In this document: positions 57,300 to 64,000 of the stretch, piece after piece | Layout of the letters: each line of letters opens with the position of its first letter | Numbering within the stretch: position 1 is the stretch's first letter | Origin: a virus | Direction: 5' to 3' (one strand) | DNA: 64,000 bases | IMG/VR virus record: IMGVR_UViG_3300025096_000004 | Coordinates: 127,496-191,495 of that record | The notes under the pieces: model-generated | Database searches by the model: none | What the model was told of the DNA's origin: nothing | Seen by the model: the letters and a program-made list of their open reading frames with translations, nothing else | Program-made: the position numbers and the translations under genes

Positions 57300-58220
57300 A
57301 TGGCAATTGATAGAGAATTTTACAACGAAGCCTCAGCCGCAAAGCTCGGCTGGGAACCCGAGTGGTTTGGTGTATCAACACACGACGACAGACTCACCAG
57401 AGCTATTCGCAAGTTTCAAAAAGACAACGAACTGACTGCCGATGGCCTCTGTGGCCCATCTACTTTTCGTAGAATCTGGACCCATCGAGAGTCAAATATA
57501 GATGACTATCGACAACCCTATGTTGTCGAGAAAGAAACCTCAGTCATTGTTCACAATGGCAAGTTCTTTCCAATTGAATGGCCTCGGGTTGTCCTGTGGT
57601 CAGAAAACCCATCCGGCCTCGATGCCAAAGAGGGAACCTATTCTTCTTATGCCGGCCACCCTGACAGGAAGCCCAGTTTCTTCGTTACACATTGGGACGT
57701 ATGTCTTAGCAGCAAGTCGTGCCAATCTGTGCTTGCGAAGCGAGGAATCAGCATCCACTACATGATTGATAATGATGGTACAATTTACCAAGCATTGGAC
57801 ACCCAACATGCCGCATGGCATGCCGGAGGGCGCAGGTGGAACCATAGCTCCATCGGGGTCGAAATAAGTAACGCATTTTCACTGAAGTACCAAAAAACAT
57901 ATATATCTCGGGGGTTCGGAGAGCGCCCAGTAGTCACAGATGCCCGTGTACATGGAACCAAATTAAAGCCGCACTTAGGCTTCTATCCGGTACAAATTGA
58001 AGCCTTGAAGGCATTGTATAAAGCCATTCACGGAGCTACGGGTATCCCGTTGGAAACCCCACTCGACAGCAATGGTGATATGTTAACGAAAGTGTCCTCA
58101 ACTGCGAAAGCAAACAAATTCAAGGGCTTCTTATCGCACTTCCATCTCACCAGAGGCAAGATCGATTGTGCAGGTCTTGACATCCAAAGGCTTTTAGAGG
58201 AGATCAAGAATGATCAATAA
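57300..58220 (+). CDS. endolysin: peptidoglycan-binding domain plus N-acetylmuramoyl-L-alanine amidase
   Basis: AIRKFQ...LTADGLCGPST (PG_binding_1); THWD, SIHYMID.DGTIYQ, AWHAG, SIGVE and SHFH...KIDC. Confidence 0.9.
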   Translation: MAIDREFYNEASAAKLGWEPEWFGVSTHDDRLTRAIRKFQKDNELTADGLCGPSTFRRIWTHRESNIDDYRQPYVVEKETSVIVHNGKFFPIEWPRVVLWSENPSGLDAKEGTYSSYAGHPDRKPSFFVTHWDVCLSSKSCQSVLAKRGISIHYMIDNDGTIYQALDTQHAAWHAGGRRWNHSSIGVEISNAFSLKYQKTYISRGFGERPVVTDARVHGTKLKPHLGFYPVQIEALKALYKAIHGATGIPLETPLDSNGDMLTKVSSTAKANKFKGFLSHFHLTRGKIDCAGLDIQRLLEEIKNDQ

Positions 58221-59232
58221 GTTAAGCGAACTAGACAAGCTAATCACAGAAGTCATGAGTATGAGGGGCGTGGTTGCAGAGAAGGAGATGGCCACAAAAG
58301 ATATTGACTTCGACCAAGAGGAAAAGCAACTTACAATCAAACTGCCGCAGTTCCGAATCACAGAGGATTGGGGAACCAAAGAGGGAAGACCCGATGTAAT
58401 AAAAAAATTCTTTTCCAAAGTTGAAGGGGACACACTTGAGGCCAAAATCAAATCTTTGAACGATTTTGTTACCAATTGCGATGAAGAGTCGTGCATTAAC
58501 GATGTCTCTGCTCCACAAGTTTTAACAAATCTCGTGACACTGGACATCTTGGCATCAATCATTCATCAATTCGGCCCTTCGCCTGCTGGCTTCTTGTTCG
58601 AAGCATTCTTGGCAGCCCTTGTGAGCGGCACTCAAATCGTTCCTGATAAATCAATTTCCACTGAAGACATTATAAATAAAGATGGCCAACCAATAAGCAT
58701 TAAATTATTAAAGAAGGATGGTTATGTTCACGGCAGCTATAAAGACCTCGCCGCAGCTTGGACCCAAACCGGCCCAGATAAAGAAAAACCAGTTGTACAG
58801 GAAGCCGGAGAAGCATGGGACGGCACAATGAAATATCTTGTTGTCAACAAGTTGGGCTCCGAAGATGAACTGATCCTTCAGTGGTATCTGTTTCCCGTCA
58901 CTAAGGTGCTTATGGCCGACATGCTAAAGGCAACAAAGTCCTCCGGCAAAAAAGGCCGCTATGCCGATATACACGGAACCCAATTCCGAATTAAAAAGGA
59001 ATACTATAAGCAATTCCCCCTTGCCACGCTAAACATTGGATCACGATCCAATATTGTTGAAATAGCCAGACGATACGCAGACAAGCTTGGAGATTCAATG
59101 TTTCAAATTTATTCATTGCTTGATTCTCTTGGCAACAACATTAACAACTACTTCTTAGACCAAGACACCAAAGCAGCGAAACTCGCCGCCGACCAAGCAG
59201 AAGATCTCAAAAAAGCAATAGAAAATTATTAA
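58210..59232 (+). CDS. hypothetical protein with possible PD-(D/E)XK-like motif
   Basis: GFLFEAFLAAL...EDI...ISIKL; LDKLITE leader. Confidence 0.45.
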   Translation: MINKLSELDKLITEVMSMRGVVAEKEMATKDIDFDQEEKQLTIKLPQFRITEDWGTKEGRPDVIKKFFSKVEGDTLEAKIKSLNDFVTNCDEESCINDVSAPQVLTNLVTLDILASIIHQFGPSPAGFLFEAFLAALVSGTQIVPDKSISTEDIINKDGQPISIKLLKKDGYVHGSYKDLAAAWTQTGPDKEKPVVQEAGEAWDGTMKYLVVNKLGSEDELILQWYLFPVTKVLMADMLKATKSSGKKGRYADIHGTQFRIKKEYYKQFPLATLNIGSRSNIVEIARRYADKLGDSMFQIYSLLDSLGNNINNYFLDQDTKAAKLAADQAEDLKKAIENY

Positions 59233-59240
59233 CTTTTTAC

Positions 59241-59268
59241 TTGACAAAACATCAAAATGTGTTATATT
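59241..59268 (+). promoter_or_regulatory. sigma70-type promoter
   Basis: TTGACA-16-TATATT before groEL. Confidence 0.85.
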
Positions 59269-59289
59269 ATATAAGAACATGGAGGATAA

Positions 59290-60858
59290 GTGAAACACTA
59301 TCAAAATGGACAAGAACTCAATGTAAAGATTTTAAGAGGCATTGATATTCTTGCAGACAATGTGGCATCCACACTTGGACCAAAAGGCCGCAATGTGATC
59401 CTATATCACAAAGAAGAAAACATTCCCGTTATTACCAAAGATGGTGTGACGGTAGCAAAGTTTGTCGAGCTTGAAGATCCCTTCGAGAATGTCGGAGCGC
59501 AGATCATCAAGCAAGCAGCAGCCAAGACGAACGAGACAGCAGGTGATGGAACAACCACCTCCACCGTATTGGCCCGAGGCATACTTAAAAAAGCACAAAA
59601 ATACCTTATGGCTGGGGTGTCGCCTATTGAGCTTAAGCGAGGTATTGATCTCGCAGTGGCTGCAATCTGTACCAATTTGAAGGAAATGGCAACCCCAATT
59701 CAATCAGAGGAAGATATAGCACACATTGCAACCATCTCGGCTAACAATGATAAAGTTATTGGTACACTGGTTGCAACAGCAGTTGATAGAGCGGGTAAGG
59801 ATGGCTCGGTGATAGTTGAAGAGGCCCGTTCACTTGAGACGAGCTTGGATCTTATTGAAGGATTTCGTTTCGACTCAGGCTATGCAGCTACTGCGTTCAT
59901 TACGAATGAGCGTAGTGGAACAGTTGAATATGAGACTCCGATGATTCTAGTGACGGACGAGAAGCTTGAACGTGTTGACCAAATTCTACCAGTCCTTGAA
60001 TTAGCATCCCGAGAAAATCGCCCTCTTCTGGTTATTGCGTCTGATATTGTGGACCAAGCCCTCGCCGCTCTTATTATGAATGCGGTTCGTGGAACGATGA
60101 AAGTGGCTGCAATTAAAGCTCCACGTTATGGCGAAGAAAGACGCTCAATAATGAAAGATCTCTGCCTTTCAACCGGAGCCACTATGATTACCCGAGAAAA
60201 CTCGTTAACCCTAAAAGATGTTAAATTAGCACACTTTGGAGGGTGTAAAAAGGTATCTGCGGATAAAGGCTGGACAACAATAGTTGGAGGTAAAGGAAAC
60301 TATGATGAGATCGATAAGAAGATTGAAGCACTTAAAACAGAAATTCAACAGACTGAATCACTCAAAGCTTGTGAAAGAATACAGGAACGGATTACAAGAC
60401 TTGCGTCTGGCATTGCTGTTATTCGTGTTGGCGCTGCTACTGACGTTGAAATGATTGAAAAAAAGCACCGCATCGATGATGCACTTGAAGCAGTCCGCTC
60501 AGCCCAAGAGGAAGGGATTGTCTCTGGAGGTGGTACTGCCCTACTCCGGGCCGTCCGTGATCTCATGGTCGAGACAGAGAATGAGGAACAAAATTTGGGC
60601 GTTAAGATAGTTTTCGAAGCCATCGAAGAGCCACTAAGACAAATGTGTCTTAATGCTGGAGAGTCCCCGGATATTATCGTTGACAAGGTAAAAAGCCTAG
60701 AGTTTGGCTGGGGTTACGATTTTGCGTCTGGTCAGGTCAAGGACCTATATCTAGCTGGGATTATCGATCCGGTCAAGGTTACACGATGTGCGCTGCAAAA
60801 TGCCGCCTCAGTGTCATCAACTTTAATCACGACTAACCATGCGATTGTTTGCCAGTAG
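59290..60858 (+). CDS. groEL: chaperonin GroEL (Cpn60)
   Basis: STLGPKGRNV, ITKDGVTVA, AGDGTTT, IDDAL and IIDPVKV; no GGM tail. Confidence 0.97.
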   Translation: MKHYQNGQELNVKILRGIDILADNVASTLGPKGRNVILYHKEENIPVITKDGVTVAKFVELEDPFENVGAQIIKQAAAKTNETAGDGTTTSTVLARGILKKAQKYLMAGVSPIELKRGIDLAVAAICTNLKEMATPIQSEEDIAHIATISANNDKVIGTLVATAVDRAGKDGSVIVEEARSLETSLDLIEGFRFDSGYAATAFITNERSGTVEYETPMILVTDEKLERVDQILPVLELASRENRPLLVIASDIVDQALAALIMNAVRGTMKVAAIKAPRYGEERRSIMKDLCLSTGATMITRENSLTLKDVKLAHFGGCKKVSADKGWTTIVGGKGNYDEIDKKIEALKTEIQQTESLKACERIQERITRLASGIAVIRVGAATDVEMIEKKHRIDDALEAVRSAQEEGIVSGGGTALLRAVRDLMVETENEEQNLGVKIVFEAIEEPLRQMCLNAGESPDIIVDKVKSLEFGWGYDFASGQVKDLYLAGIIDPVKVTRCALQNAASVSSTLITTNHAIVCQ

Positions 60859-60859
60859 C

Positions 60860-60867
60860 ACTATTTA
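60860..60867 (+). promoter_or_regulatory. putative late promoter motif
   Basis: ACTATTTA 8 nt before an SD-less ATG. Confidence 0.6.
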
Positions 60868-60875
60868 TTATTGCT

Positions 60876-61139
60876 ATGACCAATGACCACCATCAAGAAC
60901 TTAGAGAGATAATTTTAGACCTCAAGAACGATATTGAGCGCATGGCAGAACGTCAATCCGGCATGATCGACGACGTTAAAAAAATCAAAGAAGCAATATA
61001 TAATCCTGACCAAGGACTCTATGCAAGAATAAAGGCATTGGAACAATGGAAAGAGTCCTCTCAAAAGGTGACTTGGGTTATTATGACAACTGTTTTGGGT
61101 CTAGCAACAACAACTATTTACAAGTTTATCGTTGGATAA
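60876..61139 (+). CDS. coiled-coil plus C-terminal TM protein (holin/XhlA-like)
   Basis: Heptad-rich N-terminal part; WVIMTTVLGLATTTIYKFIVG hydrophobic end. Confidence 0.5.
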   Translation: MTNDHHQELREIILDLKNDIERMAERQSGMIDDVKKIKEAIYNPDQGLYARIKALEQWKESSQKVTWVIMTTVLGLATTTIYKFIVG

Positions 61140-61141
61140 AC

Positions 61142-61170
61142 TTGACAAACACTTATAAATGTGTTATATT
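61142..61170 (+). promoter_or_regulatory. sigma70-type promoter
   Basis: TTGACA-17-TATATT. Confidence 0.85.
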
Positions 61171-61196
61171 ATTATTACTTACACCTTGGAGGTTTT

Positions 61197-61589
61197 ATGA
61201 GAGTAAGAGTTACACACGGCATCGAACTGAGTCAGGTGCCAAACAAAATTAAAGAAATGGTACAAGAGATTGTTAATGAGCTTGGCAATAGTCTTGAAAG
61301 CTTGGAAGCTTCAGCCATGTTAAGCAACGATCTTGCTTATTTGCCCGCTGTAGTGGATATTCTTGATAGGGTTCGAAAGAATCTAACGGAAGTAGATCAA
61401 GCTCTAGCTGATTCTCACGCCATATCAAGCGGCCTTGTTAGGCATTTGAAATCGCTTAACGCGCCTTCTGAAAGTGCCACCAACGTTGCGCCTTCTGAGG
61501 ATGAACTCAAAGCTATGAGTGAAATGTTGGCAGACGTAGGAGACAAGATTGATGCAATCAACCAAGAATCTGATGTTCATCAAGGGTGA
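61197..61589 (+). CDS. hypothetical helical protein
   Basis: ATG 61197 with GGAGG RBS. Confidence 0.65.
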   Translation: MRVRVTHGIELSQVPNKIKEMVQEIVNELGNSLESLEASAMLSNDLAYLPAVVDILDRVRKNLTEVDQALADSHAISSGLVRHLKSLNAPSESATNVAPSEDELKAMSEMLADVGDKIDAINQESDVHQG

Positions 61590-61782
61590 TCTTGTGCATG
61601 TGCCACAATCGGCCATACTGTATGGATCATCATCACCCAACTTAAAAATATATGTCATCAAGAAGCCAATGTTGGCTATTTTCATGGATTATAAAAACGA
61701 CGGAATGTCTGAAATAGTAATGGACGGACAAAAGTGGTTGGTCAAAAATAAAGAAATATTTTCAAACAAGGAAACATTATGA
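61573..61782 (+). CDS. small SH3/KOW-like hypothetical protein
   Basis: MFIKGDLVHVP pattern. Confidence 0.5.
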   Translation: MFIKGDLVHVPQSAILYGSSSPNLKIYVIKKPMLAIFMDYKNDGMSEIVMDGQKWLVKNKEIFSNKETL

Positions 61783-62060
61783 TGTTAGTAGAACTCGTGC
61801 AGATTAAAAAAAGACAAGGGCGACACTATCTAAGTAAGATTTATTTAAATCCTAGGCACATAGTATATATAAGTGAAGATGTGGGAACCAAGAACACAAT
61901 TAGTGAAAGCAACGATCTTGGATTGGTTCCAGAGACATCCTTCAGCATTATCCGCTTAAATGATAATGGCCTGCACAGTGAGATTAGTGTTGTTGGCGAT
62001 CCTCAAATGATTGAGGGCAAGATATTTTTTAAAAAAAAGCGAAATATTCTAAGGGGGTGA
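61779..62060 (+). CDS. hypothetical protein (FlbD-like pattern possible)
   Basis: IYLNPRHIVYISE...SIIRL. Confidence 0.45.
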   Translation: MMLVELVQIKKRQGRHYLSKIYLNPRHIVYISEDVGTKNTISESNDLGLVPETSFSIIRLNDNGLHSEISVVGDPQMIEGKIFFKKKRNILRG

Positions 62061-62061
62061 C

Positions 62062-62310
62062 ATGAGATATTTTGAAATTTATGCTTGGACGGATTGTCCT
62101 TATTGTAGTGATGCCAAAGCCCTTCTGATTGAGAATGGTGAGCAATTTTTATTTTGCTGCATTGACCAGTCAGAGATGTTGCTTCAACATATCAAAACAA
62201 AGTGGGGCTGGCAAACAGTTCCTTTGATCTTAGAGAAAAACACCACCAATGAAGATGTTATATTTGTTGGTGGTTTTACTGATTTGCAAAAGCATTTGGA
62301 GAACAAATGA
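62062..62310 (+). CDS. glutaredoxin
   Basis: CPYC, TVPLI and VGGFTDL motifs. Confidence 0.92.
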   Translation: MRYFEIYAWTDCPYCSDAKALLIENGEQFLFCCIDQSEMLLQHIKTKWGWQTVPLILEKNTTNEDVIFVGGFTDLQKHLENK

Positions 62311-62645
62311 GAGTTAATAAACCATGGGGTCATGAGATCCGCTGGGCGCTGAACGAGAAGTATATTGGAAAGCTGCTTAGAATCGAACCGGGACAAAAAC
62401 TATCAAGACAATATCATCAAGAGAAAGATGAGACTATTTATGTTCTTGATGGCGTTCTTGTTCTTGAGATTGGCTCGAAAGAAGACATGATTAGAATCAT
62501 AATGCACCCGGGCTCATATCGTCGTATAGAGCCGGGAACTATCCACCGTTTCGCCGCACCATCCGACGGATGTACATTGATTGAGGTTTCAACACCAGAA
62601 ATTGATGATGTGGTTAGACTTGAAGATGACTATGGTCGAGTATAA
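62307..62645 (+). CDS. cupin (mannose-6-phosphate isomerase-like)
   Basis: KPWG, SRQYHQEKDETIYV, PGTIHRF and EVSTPE motifs. Confidence 0.88.
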   Translation: MRVNKPWGHEIRWALNEKYIGKLLRIEPGQKLSRQYHQEKDETIYVLDGVLVLEIGSKEDMIRIIMHPGSYRRIEPGTIHRFAAPSDGCTLIEVSTPEIDDVVRLEDDYGRV

Positions 62646-62654
62646 TAATTAACT

Positions 62655-62662
62655 ACTATTTA
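62655..62662 (+). promoter_or_regulatory. putative late promoter motif
   Basis: ACTATTTA 5 nt before an SD-less ATG. Confidence 0.6.
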
Positions 62663-62667
62663 GTATT

Positions 62668-63261
62668 ATGAAACTTATAATGGAAAACTGGAGGAGCTTC
62701 TTAAAAGAAGATAGTACTCCGCTTGTTGTTATTTATTTTGGTGGTTTCAAGCCACCACACAAGGGTCATCTCGCTGTTGTTGAGGAGTACCTCTCAATGC
62801 CCGAGGTTGAACGTGTTTATATTCTGTTCGGCACATCCCCACGCCATTCAGCCGATCGATCTCTCTATCTTGATGAGACTCATTCGCAAGCTGTTTGGCA
62901 TTTATTTTTGGATTCTCTATCTTCGGATAAAGTAACAGTGCTTCCACCAACATCGGGAAATACTATGGTCGCAGCAGCGGAACTCGCATGGCTACCAGAG
63001 CTATCTGGAAAGCGAATAACTGCTGGCTATGGAGCTAAAGAGCCGAAGTATGGCCAATCGTTTATCCGTGTTGTTGAGTCTCTTGCTGAAGAAAAGGGAC
63101 AACCTCTGGCGATCCCCGTGGCAACACCAAGCTCGATAGATGTTCCGGGGGTATCATCGACTAAAATACGGGAGGCTCTCGTTCAGAAGGACATGAAATA
63201 TTTAGAACAAGCTGTCCCCGCTGGTGTTTCTGTCGAAGAATATATAAATATTTTAACTTAA
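62668..63261 (+). CDS. HxGH-class (cytidyltransferase-like) nucleotidyltransferase with MKLIMENWRSFLKE leader
   Basis: FGGFKPPHKGH and VSSTKIRE motifs. Confidence 0.85.
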   Translation: MKLIMENWRSFLKEDSTPLVVIYFGGFKPPHKGHLAVVEEYLSMPEVERVYILFGTSPRHSADRSLYLDETHSQAVWHLFLDSLSSDKVTVLPPTSGNTMVAAAELAWLPELSGKRITAGYGAKEPKYGQSFIRVVESLAEEKGQPLAIPVATPSSIDVPGVSSTKIREALVQKDMKYLEQAVPAGVSVEEYINILT

Positions 63262-63264
63262 TTC

Positions 63265-63293
63265 TTGACAAGATAGAAGAAACAGGTTATACT
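63265..63293 (+). promoter_or_regulatory. sigma70-type promoter for tmRNA
   Basis: TTGACA-17-TATACT. Confidence 0.8.
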
Positions 63294-63305
63294 ATATATT
63301 ATAGA

Positions 63306-63640
63306 GGGGGCGTAATGGTTTCGACAGGGTAGAACTCGGAGGACGAGTGCAGGTAGGTAAGATACAACCTTAAAAGTTCAATTGCAATAACTGCAAACAA
63401 TAATTATTATTTCGAACAAGCCTTAGCTGCTTAATCGGGTGGCCGTCCCGAGCCATCTAACCAAGAGGGACAAAACAACAGACAAGTTGTAAAAATCAAA
63501 CAACTCGGTGCAATAGGACAGTAAGCATCGTTTCACAACTGTCTACCTTTGTTAGTTTGTGATAGTAAACTAACTAAACCTGTGAATGACTCTATTCTAA
63601 GCTACTGTGGACGAGGGTTCGACTCCCTCCGCCTCCACCA
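63306..63640 (+). ncRNA. ssrA: tmRNA (one-piece)
   Basis: 5' GGGGGCGTAATGGTTTCGAC; 3' GAGGG-TTCGACT-CCCTC-CGCCTCC-A-CCA; G3-U acceptor pair; tag ORF 63393..63434 ANNNYYFEQALAA*. Confidence 0.97.
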
Positions 63641-63656
63641 TTTAGGAAAATAAGTT

Positions 63657-64000
63657 ATGAGTGATGCAAAATTAATATTTGAAAACTGGCGCGGCTTTCT
63701 TAATGAAAGAAAGTCAGATGCCCTTTATAAAGCGATAGTCGATTTTTTTGTCGATGTACTCTGGAAACCAAAAAATTTTAGAGTCTCATATGTACCAGCC
63801 GGTGAACCAATAAAACACTGGAGCCGCGATGACAAGGACTGGTGGCAAGCCTTTCATACAGGCGAGCCCCTTAGAGCCCCGGGAAGTGAAAACGAAAAAC
63901 ACGCCGCTATGTATGGAGATGTTATAGCAGATGAGGAATATCTTTACAAGAGATATTTAGAGATTCTTGCGGACAACAATGTCACAGATGATCCGATTTT
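63657..64000 (+). CDS. hypothetical protein with KLIFENWRGFLNE leader (3' partial)
   Basis: Open from ATG 63657 to the window end; absent from the ORF track. Confidence 0.7.
   Translation, partial: MSDAKLIFENWRGFLNERKSDALYKAIVDFFVDVLWKPKNFRVSYVPAGEPIKHWSRDDKDWWQAFHTGEPLRAPGSENEKHAAMYGDVIADEEYLYKRYLEILADNNVTDDPI

Noticed and set aside
36436-63640. Bacterial chromosome origin suggested by groEL, clpP, dnaE, recA, trxA and ssrA
   Set aside because: These genes are interleaved with gp32-like SSB, endolysin and phage-type small ORFs, are collinear with a full virion module, and lack bacterial operon context.
63306-63640. tRNA-Ala at the 3' end of this region
   Set aside because: The T-arm and acceptor half pairs with a 5' end about 330 nt upstream and encloses a tag ORF, so it is a tmRNA.
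1-64000. Minus-strand ORFs in the track (e.g. 6703..7413, 8242..8802, 3364..3894, 11671..12153)
   Set aside because: All lie antisense to well-supported + strand genes, with no RBS or promoter support and shadow-like composition.
1-64000. Stop-codon reassignment, as seen in some large phages
   Set aside because: Long conserved genes are intact in code 11, and TAA, TAG and TGA all end genes at expected positions.

Overview
A 64 kb segment of a large, probably jumbo, contractile-tailed dsDNA bacteriophage with T4-like virion architecture. Every supportable gene is on the + strand and reads in the standard code. Bases 1-31.3k hold virion morphogenesis genes: two fibre proteins, scaffold, gp23-like major capsid, two decoration-like paralogs, neck, sheath, two tube paralogs, a tail chaperone with a probable frameshift, tape measure and baseplate. 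Bases 31.3k-64k hold replication genes (mini PolA, DnaE, gp32-like SSB, RecA/UvsX, 5'-3' exonuclease, DnaB), nucleotide metabolism (class II RNR, ThyX, dUTPase, GuaB/C-family), a divergent tubulin/FtsZ-like protein, lysis genes and an unusually complete protein quality-control set (GroEL, GroES, ClpP-like, FKBP PPIase, thioredoxin, glutaredoxin, tmRNA). Two promoter classes are readable: sigma70-like TTGACA-16/17-TATAWT before early genes, and ACTAnTTA before late genes. The strongest leads are a family of N-terminal leaders ending in [LI]-x-E on scattered late-motif genes (candidate capsid-cargo system), a duplicated intergenic H-type pseudoknot, a U7 +1/-2 frameshift site, the degenerate tubulin-PolA operon and the tmRNA/ClpP/chaperonin module. 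All annotations come from motif recognition by eye; no database searches were run.
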